Part shown: piece by piece, positions 11,982 to 27,000 of the stretch
Layout: each line of letters starts with the position of its first letter
Numbering within the stretch: position 1 is the first letter of the stretch
DNA from: Gnetum montanum
Taxonomy: Eukaryota > Plantae > Gnetophyta
Reading direction: 5' to 3'
DNA length: 64,000 nucleotides
Assembly (NCBI GenBank): GCA_015680685.1
Contig: MNCI01003467.1
Location: 964,731 to 1,028,730, forward strand
The notes under the pieces: generated by a model
Seen by the model: the letters and a program-made list of their open reading frames with translations, nothing else
Databases searched by the model: none
Told to the model about the DNA's origin: nothing
Program-made: the position numbers and the translations under genes

Positions 11982-14790
11982 AAAGTCCCTTAAACTAAAA
12001 ACCTTACTAGCTAATCTAGAATATTCTTATCTTGAGAATAGCAAGATGGTGATTATAAATATCCATCTTTCTCAAGCATAAAATAAGAAGCTACTTAAAG
12101 TGGTAAACAAATGGCCAACAACCTTTTCCTGCTCATATCATGAACTAACACAAATAGATCTAAGAATATGCTAGCATTAAGTCTACACAAATCCCTTTAT
12201 CAAACTATGAAGGAAACCATAATGGAGGTTGAATCCTAAGCTTAAGCAAGTTATGAAAGATGAAATTAAATAACTACTTAAGTCAAGATTCATTTACCCC
12301 ATTGTAGATAGTGAGTCAATTAGCCCACTTGATAATATACCAAGGAAATGTAGCAAATGGAGGGTTTTCATAGACTATAAGTTGTTAAACATGGAAACTT
12401 TTAGGGATTATTTTCCATTGCCATTTATGAACTAGGTGCTAGATACTATTGTAGGGCATGGCTACTACAATTTTCTAGATAATTATAGTGACTATAACCA
12501 AATCTAGATAGCACTAGAAGACTAGGCCAAAACAACCTTCACTTGTCTTTGGAGGACTTTTACATACAAAAGGATGTCCTTTGGCCTTTGTAATGTTCCT
12601 ACTACTTTCCAATGCCTAGCGCTTAGCTTCTTTTAGTAGAAAATTGGTACTAGTATGAAGGTCTTCATGGATGACTTTTCCACTTATGGTATCAATTTTG
12701 AGCAAGCTTTGAATTGTCTCAAGTAAGAGTTGAAATGATGCATGGAAATAAACATAAGGATCAATTAGTAGAATGGCCATTTGATGATCCAAGAGTGCAT
12801 AGTCTCGGGGTATAGAATTTCAAAAAAAGGGATTGAGGTGGATCCAAATAAAGTATAGGTCATCCAAGGAATCACCAAAAATTAGAAACAATAAAAGATG
12901 TAAGGTCATTCCTTGGACACACAAGTTACTATTAGTGCTTCATTGAAAACTTCTTGAAAATTACTAAATTGCTAGTAGAGCTAATTAAGAAGGATGTACC
13001 CTTTGATTGGACTAAGGAATTCAAGCACGCATTCCAACAATTAAAGAAAAATCTCATAGACACTCCTATTCTATGTACTTTAGATTGGTCTAAAACTTTC
13101 TACATCATGACAGATGCATTCAATTATGCATTGGAAGCAATGCTCAAATAATTGGATGATAAAAAATTTCCATACTACATCCATGGTATAAGAAAAAGCA
13201 TTTGTGGTACACAATTGGATTATACCATAACTATGAAGGAGCTTATGGTGGTGGTGTAATTATTGGAAAAATTTAGGCACTATGTGCTTGGATAAAAAAT
13301 CTTTGTGTACACAGATCATAGTGCTATTTAGTTCCTAATGAACAAACTAGTGGCAAGACCCCATTTCATATGGTGGCTGGTAATATTGTAGGAGTTTGAC
13401 CTTATAATGATGGATAGGAAGAAAAAAAAGAATGTATTTTCCTATCATTTATCTTAGTTGAGATGGGATAAAAAATAGGATGATGAATCTTTATTAGATT
13501 AATTTTTGGATGCAGTTCTCTTTACCAAGTCCCTTGATGTTTAGACTTATGAGGGTATCAATTGGTCCAATGATTTCCTCTTCTAGCTTCTTAAGAGATT
13601 TTGGAATGAGATATCAAGAAGAAACAATAGTTTCTTCACCAAGCCAGACACTACATGGAAATCCAAGGAAACCTTTACAAAGTCTATGCTAATGGCTTGG
13701 TGTGATGTTGTGTACCTAATGCTAATCAACTATAGATTATCCAAGATGCTCATGAAGGTCCTTGTGGGGGTCATTATGTAGGTAGGAGGATGGCCATGAA
13801 GAGTCTCATGGTAGGGTACTTCTGGTTGATAATGTTTAGGAATGTTCATCATTTTTCTCATTTGTGTGAGTACTACTAGAGAGATGGAGGAATGATAGCC
13901 TGAATGAAAGGACCTTAGTAGTGGATCCAAAAACTACAAACCTTTTACCTTTAGGACATTAACTTCATTATACCAATCATTTCCATGTCCAATGAAAAGC
14001 CATACATCATTATTACGATTGACTACTACACTAAGTAGGTTGAAGCTATAGTCATCATTGATTGTTCATCTTTCATTGTAGCATGGTTTGCCCAGAAAAA
14101 TGTTGTAAATTTGAGAGCACTTATTTATGATAATGGAACTCATTTTGTAAGGATTATTTTTCAGAAGCTAATGCAATGCTTTTGGATGCAACATAAACTC
14201 ATAACCCACTATCATCAAGAAGCTAATGATCAAGCTAAAGATACTAATAGGGAGATAACCCACATGCTAACATGTATAATTAGTAAATATAGGAAGGAAT
14301 GGTGTAATAAATTCAACAATGCTCTATGGGCTTATCGATCTACTAAAAATTTTCCTATAGGATACTCTTTTTATGAGTTGATGTATGGAAAGATACCTAA
14401 ACTTTTAATTCAAGCTAAGCTCTATACACTCTCAACCACTTTTGAACTTGAGCTTGATCTCTATCTAGCATAATGAGAACACCTCATGATACTAAATGTG
14501 CTAGATGAAAACTAACAAGTAGCCTTAATAATGAATGAGATGCATAAGTCACACTCCAAACAACATCATGATGCCTAAATATGAAGAGTTAAATTCCAAC
14601 CGAGTGATAAGGTCCTCTATTAGGATCCCCTACATGTGTCACAATGTACTAAACTCTAAACATTATGGAAAGGACCTTATATCATTCATGAAACTTTTCC
14701 TCTAGTGCCATGACCATCTATCATCCTTCACACCCAGAAAAATGATTGCTGGTCATAATAAGTAGAGTCATTCTTAGAACCTTGAGTTAC
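11982..14790 (+). pseudogene. pol: Degenerate Athila-like pol: RT, RNase H, integrase
   Basis: WRVFIDYKLLN..TFRDYFPLPFM; KTTFTC.W.TF.YKRMSFGLCN.PTTFQ; MKVFMDDFS; MTDAFNYAL (RH); HEGPCGGHY; ALIYDNGTHF...ALWAYRS; WKGPY. Confidence 0.92.
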
Positions 14791-16848
14791 CAGTAACGCC
14801 AAGATATTTCAACAAGCATAATCTATTTTTTAGATCTCATTCTCTCAACTCATTCATGGGGGAGTTGGACATCCATATTGATAGCATGTGAGGGATAACC
14901 CATTTTTCATCTTTTTTTTTACATAGTTCTTCATATGTTTTTTCATTTTCTTGACAATTTTATTAATTATTTTATATATTTTTCCTTTTCCTTCATCCTT
15001 ATTTTTATTATTTATCTTGTTTTATAGAAATATTTGATCTTTGCAATATTGCTTTTAATATTAGAAGTTAAAGAATACAACTATTAATGTAATGATTAAT
15101 TTGCTAAATGACCAAATATTTGTCTTTGGATTATGTCCTCTATTACAAATGGTCAATTTTCTCATGATAGTAGTTATTGGATCCATGAAATCCATTCGTT
15201 CCATATACTCTACATGGGGTATGTATCTTAAAACCATGAGGTCCTTCCACATTACAACTAAAAGTAACCAATGATCTTGCTATCCAATGGACTTGGGATA
15301 GCCCAAGAAGGATTGACAAAGAATGTGACCCCAAGGGGTCTTGTCATGTTTTCTTTCCAACTTATTTCTTATGTTTTCTCATTTTTCTCCATTGGTATAT
15401 CACCATTTCTATTGTTGACCATTAAAGGAAGTACATCTTTGCATGGTGTGATTCTCATGAAAAAATTAAACCAAAAAACATAAGAATATAAAGGCATTCC
15501 TTAGATATAATAATGGGCTATAGGCATTGGTTATGGAGCTATAAAGACATGTTATCTATGATTGAAGACATGCCTCCAACTAAGCCACATTATATCTTCT
15601 TTCTCTTTTCTTCTTCTCTAGGAGTGGTGGATGTTCTTTGGGAATTGTCATGATCTCCTAATGATCTAAGGGATACGATAAGGTAATGTGAAGTCAATGA
15701 AAGTGTATGGAATTGGTATAGACTAAGGATGGCATGATATCAAATCATGTTAATCACATACTTCACAAGGACTTCATGTGACCTAGATATAGATCTCTTA
15801 CCATTCTCTCTCTACTATCATTCTCAATCCATAACATATCATCCCACTACCTCATATCATGGTTAATTAATACATTTTTTATGAAGATACCATATTTCTA
15901 AGATGATTACTCCATTGGATATGAGTTTTAACTTGAACTGATCATTAATCATCCTTGGTGCCTATGGACTCCTTAGGATGAGGGCATGTAAGGGCATCAA
16001 GGGCATAAAACCTACTTTGGGAAGGGTTCACTTACATTCCCTTTGGTCTTCCTTAAGTTAAAATTCCTATTCATTGGCTATTTGCACAATCAATTCCATC
16101 AAATTTCATTTAAATATCTAGATTTTCTTGATTTTGACCTTTAAATTCATTTTAATGTATTTGAATCCTTTCTTTTAATCCTACATAACCCTCTTCTATG
16201 TTGTTGCCATTTTTCTATGTCTTTCTAGCTTCCATTGGGCTTTTTTTGTATCCTAGAACTCAGAAAAATTCATCCATTTTTCATATGCAGAGTATTACTA
16301 AGGATAGCAATGTTGATTCATCCTTGTCGATGCAAAGGGTTTAGTCGATGTAGCCCCATCAATGCATCCCCATTAACATAGTGCAAAAACAGTATAAATA
16401 CACATGACACTTAGCTAATTTTTCTTCATTTCCACATGAAGTAAGAGGAGTTTTCTTTTTTCTTAAATTTTTCAAAGCTAAAGAGCCTTCCAAGCACCCT
16501 AACTCTCAAATCATTAGCCTATTTGCACCCATTTGTTGATTCTCATATTACTAAAGGTAAGCTGTACATCATGGGGAACATAAACCTTTGGTTTATTTTA
16601 GAAATTTTTTTGAAATTTTCCTAACTCCTCAAGTTTAACCTAATAAAATAATATTAAATTAGTAATCCTAAAAGGGTCAAAGCTAACAAATAAACTCCAA
16701 TAACTAATTAATAAAATAATATTAAAATAATAAACCTAGCTAAGATCATAAACAAGTCCAAACATAACCTGATATAATAAGAAAGATATCAAAATAAATA
16801 AAGGTTATGAAATAAAAAAATAATCCTAGATTATGTTTGTGATTATAG

Positions 16849-19650
16849 ATGGTACCAAGGTGAGGACCACAAGTGGGAGGGGCTTCACAGACCAAGGAGA
16901 AGTAACCAAGAGGAACAAGGAGCTAGTAAGAACAATAATAATAGTCCATGAAGAAGCACTTGAAGTCATTCATGCAATAGGACCCCGTTTGATAGGGCCA
17001 TAAGTGGAATTTATTCACTACGTTTCCATATCAAAAACTAGCTAGGCAATGCAAGATGAGGCACCTAGTCTAAGGTCTAAATTTAAGGTCATTCTAACAA
17101 AGGCCTACTTGGAGAATATTAGGATCAAGGAGGTTCAAAGTTCTATTCTTTAGGATTTGAACTCTAGATCCTTCTTGAAGCTAGCGCTAGAAGATATCTG
17201 TGCACAACCACAAGGGTCTCCCATCTAGCTCATTCTCTCCAATAGTTGAGAATGGTACATTGGGGAGACCTACTTATTCTATAACAATTTAAAAGGAGAT
17301 GCATTAGTAAAAATCAAAGACATCACCATCTCCTACTTGGTTGAGGCCATTGCAAAGGCCCTCATGTCACTAGACATAGCAGCAAAATTGGCTGAGATTT
17401 TGATGCAAGTGGATCTAGACCCAAAGAAAGAATGGATGCAATGATGCTATAGGGTAGACCACAAAGAGTACAATTTTCTCACTAAGGAAAAGAGAGCATA
17501 CTTGAAAATTACATCTCATCACCTAAATCCAATGATAAGGCCTTGAAAAGTCACTACTTTCTCTATTTAATCATGTGTTTCTTTGAGTGGAAAGTTTTCA
17601 TTCAACCTTCCTTAGCTCTTTTCCTAGAAATAGAAAAATGTTTCAATAAAAATGAAAAAGGAATAAAGAGCCTTTCCTTTCCATACCTCATCTACATACT
17701 ATGCAAAAGGAGAGGCATAGCTTGCTATTTATTTAAATGGTCCACCATGCTCCTATTACATCATGACAAGAAAAGATGAAAGATAAGGTAGTAACTAACT
17801 ACAAGAAGAGGAGTAGTCACCACCACCACCATGTGCAACTCTAGAGACTATGCCAGAGATACTTGTAGTTTTTGAAGAAATAGAAAAATATAAAAAGAAA
17901 TAGCTATAACAACAAAAAAGATATGTAGGTGGTGGAGAATCCTCAAGCTACCATCTAGCTATGAGCCACTTAAACAAGGTTGCAAGAAGCATCCACTAGT
18001 GAGATATTGAGATTGTCCTACTAGTTGTAGTTTAAAGGAACTAAACACCCATAAGGCCTAATCAAAATACTTGAGAGATCATAGTTTCCATCCTTCAAAA
18101 AATGTTTCCTAAAATTTCAATAAGTGTTGTAGCCTTCTCTATCATGTTACAAAAAGGTAAGGGGGTGACTATCCTGGTGATGCAATACAAAGGCTAGGAT
18201 ACAATGGTAGAGGTGGTGGCTAATAGGATTGCTAAAGTGATGAATGCTCTTATAATGTTAGTTCTTGATATTAGCATAATTGTGGACATTTTTACATTTT
18301 CAGAAGTAGGAAGTGATTAGATAAATGCTACCCAACATGAGAAGGTATTGGAAAGACTAATTGGAACTAGGTAACTACTTTTAAAGATCTTTAATCTCTT
18401 GGATGATATCATTGTGAACTAGTTATAGTTGCTTGAGATAAGAAGAAAACTACTTATTAAAAACATGTAACTAAAGAAGACCAACATAGCTAATTGGTGG
18501 ATGGCCATTGAAGTTGTACAGTTACATGCTTATCTCTCTGATTATATGATCCTCAAGGCTTGAGCTTACCAAGGATGAAGCTTTTCAACAGCTTTAGATG
18601 AAACTTCAATAGGTCAAGAATGTAAAGGAGGTCATCATATTTGAAATGTCCTTTTCAAAAGTCATGACTTTCAACACTAACAAGGGCCTATTCTAGGTCT
18701 AGAAGAAAACCTTACTCCTCATAAAGAATAATAATCACCTATGCAACATTGAACAACAAAAGGATTGATTGGTCAAACTCATACACTAGTAGTAGTAGCA
18801 GCTCGCGAAGGTGAATCTTGATCTAAGGTTGGTAGTAAAAAAATCATAATCTCTTAATGAAGAAAGTCTATGCTCTTTATCAAAAAAAAAAACAATCATT
18901 AAGTTAGCCACCTAGAACAATGAAGCCCTAAAGTTTGAATATGTAAAAAATCAGTATAGGGATTAAATTGGACTTCTCAAATGAGTTAATAATAAGAAAA
19001 TTCAAATGCAAAAGACACAAATGAACAAGGCCCTCCAATAATTCTAGTGTAGAGGTAATGTACAGTAAGCATTCTATAATGGACTGAATTTGCTTGAAAA
19101 GGCTAAAATCTACTTGAAGGAGTTATATATTGAAGAGATGAAAGAGTATATGAAGCCTACCAACCTCAAGTATGCAAACTTGATGATACTAATAGCAAGG
19201 AAAATAGGGTTAAAATTAGAGAAGTAGGTGGCTAGTTCCTACCTCTTCTATGAGGTGGAATTCAAGTTCCATAAGGAGACAAAACAAAGGTTAGAGATAA
19301 CAAATGTAGAGTTTGAATTTATCAAAAGAAGATTCACTAATGAATGATCTATTGTTGAACACTTGGTCAAGAGGATGAATAGCTACTAGGAGCTACAGAA
19401 CCTTATATGGACATTTACCATAGAATGCAAAATCTTTGTAGCTTGGTTCATGAATGTGAAGGAAGTATTTCCTGTAATGCCTTGCCTATGAAACATTCCT
19501 ACACTGGCCCACATCAGCAAAGCTACTTGGACTATTTATGATCCACTAACCAAAGAAGGAAAGATGAAAGAACTTCTAGATGCTTTCAATATTCTAGTAG
19601 AAGCAACAATAGTAGCAAGTAAAATTCAACCTCTAGTAGCATCAAGATGA
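16849..19650 (+). pseudogene. Degenerate extra (env-like) ORF of the Athila-like element, with Transposase_32/ATHILA-type domain and charged C-terminal part
   Basis: LFYNNLKGDALVKIKDITISYLVEAIAKAL (~17274-17363) and SLSFPYLIYILCKRRGI (~17668-17718); lies between pol and the 3' LTR; ATG directly follows a candidate splice acceptor (tgtttgtgattatag|ATG). Confidence 0.65.
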
Positions 19651-19937
19651 AATGAGGGAACATAAGAGCCACAGGAGTCTCCACCTTGGGGCACTATTTG
19701 AGACTTCATTGCATCTTTGGTAATTCTATAGGTGCCTGCTAAAAGTTTTATAAAGTGTTTAATTTTGTTGTAATGGACACTTATTTTTGGTAAACAATGT
19801 ACAATCTACCACTTAGAGTTAGTTAGTAGACAATCAATCTATCTTTTGGTCAATAGATTCCATACCTCCCAATTTGTAAGAAACTTGATCCTAATTTTAT
19901 TTACTTAATGACAAGTTTTCAATCAATTGTGGGGGTA

Positions 19938-20140
19938 TGATGAGACATTAATAAGAAAGGCTACATTGATACATGCTATTGATGTAGCCATTTATGCCTT
20001 GACGTAGATATGTCAATGTAGATGTAGTCATCGCCTATATAAATGCTTCCACTCCTTGCATTTATGGAACTTGTTAGTCATACCCTTAGTAGAACTCTTA
20101 CAATTTATTCCTTCTATAGTTAGAAAATTTTTTCTTTAGG
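19938..20140 (+). mobile_element. 5' part of the Athila-like 3' LTR, interrupted by the Tat complex
   Basis: tgtgggggta|TGATGAGACA mirrors catggaggta|TGATAAGA at 37663; TATA-like ctatataaat at ~20035. Confidence 0.7.
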
Positions 20141-20199
20141 TGCCATAGTGGGGGAAGGTGGGGGGTGGTGAGGGTAGGGGTGGGGAGGGAGGAAGGAGG

Positions 20200-22035
20200 G
20201 GTGTGTGTGTGGAGGGATAACAAGCTATGGGGGTTCCACACTAAAGGATTTGAGAAGCTATGTGTATGCAAAATTTCAAGAGCTCTCAAGTGTCAAAATG
20301 CAAAAAAATGTTGAATTGTGGAATCCTTTCATGATGTTGGGCTTAGGGTTTATAAGTTTTTTGGCCATAAATCATACAACAAATCACTGAAGTTGGTGTA
20401 GTGTTGAGGTCATAGCCATGTTGGATCAATGTTGGGGGGATGAAGTATCAACATTGGGGGGGAGAGGGGGGAAGGTTATACAACCCCTCAACATTGGGCA
20501 TGGTTGATATCATACCCTCCAATGCTTGGAGTAGGTGGGCCATACCCCTAATAGGTGAGCTATACCCTTCGTAGGTGAGTTATACCCCCAATGGGTATCT
20601 CTAGTGTGAAAAATGTAACACCTCCCTCATAAAACCCATCAAAATGTTAATTTTGGAATTCCAAAAGGCATTTTAACCTTTCCAAGCCTAAATATAGACA
20701 TTATACAAATTTTTTCACTTGGGGGATGTGGCTTTGACCACTTATGAGGCATTTTTCAGCCCCAAAAGTATAAAGGATGTGATATTGCACCTTCTAAGTT
20801 AAAATCCTCACATTTATAATGAAGTTTAGCCTTAGGTTTCATGGAATGAGGTTACCAAGGTTACAACATGCCAATTTGGTGGTTTTCATTAATTCCACTC
20901 TTTTGGTGTTATGAGGATTAACTCAAGAGGCATCAATAAAGAATTCAAAACACCACTATAGGTTCATCACAAATGTTTCCTCTCCATGCTTTATCTAGTT
21001 ATTTCAAACTAGGTTGAAGAGTGCTTCTAATGATGTAATAAGACTATGATGAGGAAATGATAATAAGATCATAGGAAAATGATTGTGAGGGATAAAACAA
21101 CATTCCTAATGTTGACATCATAGCTATGGCACTGACATTTGGTCTATCAGTGGCTTTGACACTTCATGTTTTGAAGTGTTGGTTGTTCAACAGATGCATT
21201 TGAGGATCCATCATCTAGCTTCAAGGTTAGAAGGCTCCTCCCTTTTCATGTTTAGAGCCATTGGTTTGAACTTTTGAGGCTTTATTAGCCATCCAACATC
21301 TTGGTAATTTGGTTTCTCCTTTCTTTTTGGGTGAAGCATTCATTGGGTTTCTTTGCCAAAGCCAGTCTTGACATATGTTTCCTACTAAATGAGGTGTGTT
21401 ATGTATAATAGACTACATGATTTTTCCATTGAATGAGGTGTGTTACGGTAGATGGACTTAATGGTTTTTCCATTAAACAAGATGTATTACATTCAATAGA
21501 CTTGTGGGTGGAGCATGATGAAGGGATGTCATATGGTCATAGTGCATGAATGCCAAGCATAGGTCCACATTATTATATAGGGTAAGGAAAGATATAATAA
21601 GGCTATAGGATTGGGTTTAAAGAAATGATAATGAAAATGGAGATGAAACAAGCACTCTTAGAAAAACAAGACAAGCTCATCAAATCTTACATATTGAGCT
21701 TACATGGTGACTTGCAATTATGATGAATTGTACCTTCACAAGGACTTTAGGCTTTATCCTACAAGTGCAATTCCAAGAGGACAAGAAAGCTACACAAATA
21801 AAACATGTTGTCATGTTACAATACATAAGGCGATGTGAGATAATGAATAAAGCCAAGCTACCTAGGTCACCAATGTTGCTATTTTTTAGCCATGGTGGGC
21901 CATGCTACTAGTATAAGGCCTTGGCAGGCGATGTTGCTAGTTTAAGGTCTTAGTGGCTTGTGTTGAAAGTTTAAGGCCTTAGTAGCCCATGGTTTCACTA
22001 GTTTTAGGCCATGGCATGGCATCTTATTAGTTTAT
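20200..22035 (-). mobile_element. Extra Tat family A fragment: 3' UTR plus partial LTR (LTR start 20888)
   Basis: Diverged direct repeat of ~22270-23980; also matches 40715-41610 with an internal deletion. Confidence 0.8.
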
Positions 22036-23784
22036 GTAGCGATTAAAACTCCTAGTTGTAGGAGAAACTAAGAAATTTTTAGTGCAATAGACTTGACCTT
22101 AGTGGTGGGTGTGCAAATCAAGGGGGGGGGGGGGTTACTATATGGGGTAAGTGTTATACCCCCATGGCATCAAAGCCATTCCATTTACTAAAAATAGTAA
22201 ATGGTAATTTCACCCATGCTAGATCTTTCCACCCATGTTGAACCTTCCAATAACAATGTTGATGTGTAGGATCCTTGCTGAAGTTTGTCTAGCATTGAGG
22301 TCTTGGCCATGTTGGATTAATGTTGGGAGGATGAAGTATCAATGCTAGGGGGTGATGTATCAATGATAGGAGGAAGGTTATACATATCCTTTCCCTACAC
22401 ACTATGCATGGTTGATATCATACCCTCCAATGTTTGGAGTAGGTGGGCTACACCTGCAATAGGTGAGTTATAGCTCCAATGGGTACCTCCAACGTGGAAA
22501 ATGTTACACCCTCCATAAAAAGTGTTAAAATTCTAGTTTTGACATCCCAAAAATAATTTTTAATGTCCCAAGTTCAAATATAGACATTATACAACTTTTT
22601 TTACTTGGGGGATTAGGCTTTGACCACTTATGAGGCATTTTTTAGTCTCAAAAGTATAAAGTATGTAAGATTACGTCTCACAGGTTATAATCTTCACATT
22701 TACAACAAATTTTAGCCTTGAGTTTTATGAGATGAGGTTACCAAGGTTACAAGATGAAAATTTGATGGTGTTTCATTGGCCCCTTTTTGTTGGCATCTAG
22801 AGGATTTACCTAAGAGGCATTGATAGAGAATACAAAACACCATTGCAGGTGCTTGATATAGTTATGTCGAATCATGCCAAAGAGTGCTTGCAATGATGGG
22901 ATAAGGTTATGATGAGGAAATGGTGATAAGGTCCTAGGGAAATGGTTATGAGGGCTAAAAATTCATTCAAAATTTTGACATCATGGTTGTGGAACCAACA
23001 TGTTAGTCTATTTGTGGTTTTGACACTTCAAGTTTTGAAGAGTTGGTCACTTGAAAAATGCATTTGAGGAACCATGACCTCACTCCAAGGTCACAAGGCT
23101 CCTTACTTTGAATGTTCTAAGCCATTGGTTTATGTTTTTGAGGCTTCATTAACCATATGACTTATTGGAAATTTTCTTCCTCCTCTTTTTCTTTTGGGTG
23201 AAACCTTCATTGGGTTTCTTTCCCAAAGCTAGTCTTGACATAGGTTTTCTTTTGAACAAGGTGTTTTGCAAAAGATAGTCTTAGCATAGGTTTTTTGTTG
23301 CACAAGGTGTTTTACACCAAATAGAATACATGGTTTTCCCATCAAATGAGGTATGTCACACTTAGTGGACTTAATGGTTTTCTTGTTGAATGATATGTAT
23401 TACATTCAATGAACTTATGGGTGGAGCATGATGAAGGGATGTAATATGGCCATAGTGCATGAATGCCAAACATATGTCCACATTATTATCTAGGGTAAGA
23501 AAGGCTATAACAAAGCTATGGGATTGGGTTTAAGGAAATGGTACTAGGAATGGAGATGAAATAAGAATTCTTGGGACAACAGGATAAGCTCACTGAATCT
23601 TGCATATCAAGGTTACACAATGACTTGCTGCTATGATGAATTGTACCTTCATGATGACTTTGGGCTTCATCCTGTAAGCACAACTCCAAGAGGACAAGAA
23701 AACTCGGCAAAGAAAACATGTTTTCATGTTAAAATGCGTAAGGACATGTGAGATAATGAATAAAGAAAAGCTACCCAAGTCACC

Positions 23785-23985
23785 AATGTTGCCAATTTTA
23801 GACCATGGTGGACCATGTTGCTAGTTTAAGGCCTTAGTAGGCCATGTTGCCAATTTAAGGCCTTAGCATGCTATGTTTCTAGTTTAAGGCCTTACAGGGC
23901 CATGTTGCTAGTTTAAGACCTTAGCAGGCCATGGTATCACTAGTTTTAGGCATCACAAGCCATCTTACCAGTTTAAGGCCTTGGA
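23785..23985. repeat. ~29-bp tandem repeat, ~6 copies, in the Tat 3' UTR
   Basis: Unit ccatgttgctagtttaaggccttagcagg; related array at ~21870-22035 and a few units at ~27750-27812. Confidence 0.88.
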
Positions 23986-24029
23986 ACATCATCGATGTTA
24001 GCCATTGACTGGTAGTTGGTAGGCAACAT

Positions 24030-27000
24030 TTAGTAAGGCTTTAGATAGGAATGATTGATTTGGTTGGCCAAATCATTCCCATACATGTATACTATCTTGA
24101 AGGATTGGTTGCTGTAGGCTTTGATGATCAAGAAAGGCCCTTTCTAATAGGCTAAAAATTTGTCTACATTTTCATGGATAGCCTTGAGAACTAGGTTTGC
24201 CTCTTTGATCTTACACTTGGTCAAGTTATGATGGTGTTTCCACTTTTTCCTCTCTTGATATCACTTAATGTGAGCAAGTTTTCATACCCATTGCTCCTCC
24301 ACTAAGTCAAGGTTTATGGTTCATAGATCCTTATGTTGGTCATTGTTGATGAAGTCAAATAAGGCTACTCAGAGCAATAGTACCTACAATTCAAGAGGTA
24401 AAATAGCTTCATAACCATAAACTAGGCTATAAGGGGTTATAACAATTACCATATGATAGGTTGTCTTGAATGACCACAGTGCATGGATAAGCTACTCATG
24501 ACACTTGTGGTTGCTATTATTTAACATCTTTTGGAGCTAGTTGATGATGGCCTTATTGCTTTCTTCTACTTATCCATTGCCTTGAGGGTAATATGATGAT
24601 GAGAAGGAATGCTTAATGCCTAGGTCATGACAAATTTTTTTCATTTCTTGGCTACTAGACTATGGTCCATTATCTATGACTATGATCATAGTTATGCTAA
24701 AATGGACTACTATGTTATCCAAAATAAATATATATTGTCTTTCTTAGGGGAATAGTTTAAACCCACTTTGTAAAGTATTTGGTTGTAGTGATGCTAAAAG
24801 TGTGCCTTGCAAAAGACATAGGCATTATAGGGCCAATGATATCCAACACCCATCGTTTAAGTGACCAAGTTATTTGAGTAGTGTGCAACTCAGTTGGTGG
24901 CACATGTATGGAATTGCTATGCTGTTAGCATATGTCATAAGTTTTGACCTTCTACAGGTAGTTGCTTTTCATATAGGGCCAGTAATAACCTAACCATCTA
25001 ATATTGATTGTCATAGCTCTAGGTCCTATATGTCCCCCAAAAATACCTTCATGATCCTACTCTAGGATAGTTTGGACTTTGATTTTACCCAAGCGTACTA
25101 ATAATATGCCATTGTAGGATCATTGACTTAATGTATTATCACCTACAATGACATACTATTTTGATTGTTTATGTACAATGTCCTTTAAAGAAATAGTAGG
25201 CCCTATGAAGGTTCACCATTCATAATGTAAAATTTGATGTTGTCATAGCATTCCATTGTAGGAGTAGTATGAATTATAGCAATAAAGTTATTCTCAATAT
25301 TCTACATGATGGAAATAGCATAATCCATAGTCAAGATGGGTAACTTGCTAAACACATCTAACACTATATTGAGGCCTAGCATTGTAATGGCATAAGCTAT
25401 AGTGTTCTCATTTTAGAGTACATGTTAGATATCAACATCTATGAATTATTATAGCAGTTTCTTTCCTAGGACACAATAAGGTTGCAAATGTTAGGTTATG
25501 CAAGTGTAAACCTTAGTTACTTGGTTAACTAGATGTTGTGAATCACTTTTGATCATTAACCGTTTGATTTCTAGATCATGAGCTATCACCATCTTCATAA
25601 TAAAATTCTCATACCCCACTATGTTGTTGGTACATGGAAACTAAAATTGGTAGGTGAAGGATTGGATTTCACTAGATGGAAATGTTATGATGGAAATGAT
25701 GCTAGTTCCATGGGTAGTTGAAGCTTTGTCAAAGTGCATGATCATCTCATAGCCCTCGAGCACTTGGCTAATGGTGTTAATGTGTTCATCTACAAACTCA
25801 GGGTCTATGGTTGCATGGTCATCAACTAGTGAAACAATAAGTTGTACAACTATAGCTTGACATTTTGTTGAGGATTGAGAGACATAATGAAGATCAAACT
25901 CCATTGTTATGGCTTTCCATTAGGCTATATGGCTAATCTCATAAATATTGGTCATTATAGCTCTAAGCACGTTATCTTTGCAAATGATGTTGACCTAGCT
26001 CTTAAAGAGGTAGTGTCTCCACTTCTTCAGTGAGAAGACTAGTGTTAGACAATACTTCTTCACTTTAGTATATCTAGTCTTATGGGTAACTAATGCATGG
26101 CTAAGGTAGTATACTAATATATGTACTTCATCATCTCATTTCTGATAAAGTAGAGACGTGATGGACATGTCAAAGGTAGCAAGGTGGATGTAAAATGGTT
26201 TATCCTCTTGTGGAGGATAGATTGTTAGTAGTTATGCCAACTCTTGCTTAAGGTTTTCAAAGGCTTCTTAGCATTGAGAAATCTAGTCATAGTGGACTCA
26301 TTTCTTAAGAAAGTGTTACATGGATTGTAATTTATCTGTAAGCTTAGTAATAAACCTATGAATAAATTGTAATCTTCCCTACAATCCTTGAATTTTCTTA
26401 AGGTTAGTAGATGTTGTTAAGTTAGATATGGCCTTAACCTTATCATGATCAACATGTATCCCTACTTTAGACACTACAAAACCAACCATCTTAATGGTCT
26501 TGACATCCAAAACTAACTTCTTAGGATTAAGCCTAAGCTCATAAAGGAATCATTTAAGAATAAGGTCTAGGTCACATGTATGGTCATTGGCCACTTTGAA
26601 CTCAACAACTATATCATCTATGTAATTGTTGAGAAAACCTAGTAAGTAATCATTAAAGATATATGTGATGGCTCTTTTGTAAGTTTCTCATGCATTCTTT
26701 AGGTCAAAGGGAGTCATGGTATAGAAAAAGGTACTCCAATGGGTCATGAATATCATGCTAAGTTGATGTTTTGTTTTGATATTAATATGGTTATAACCTG
26801 AGAATCCATCCATAAAGGATAACAAGGCATGTGCAGCCATAGTATAGATAAGTTTGTCATTACTAAGCAAAGGGAAATCATCCTTGATGGTTGTCTTATT
26901 TAGGTCTTTGAAATAAATGCAAATGTGGATACTTCCATTTTTCTTTGGGACTACCACTATATTAGAAACCCATTATGCTTAATCAACAACTCTAATGAAA

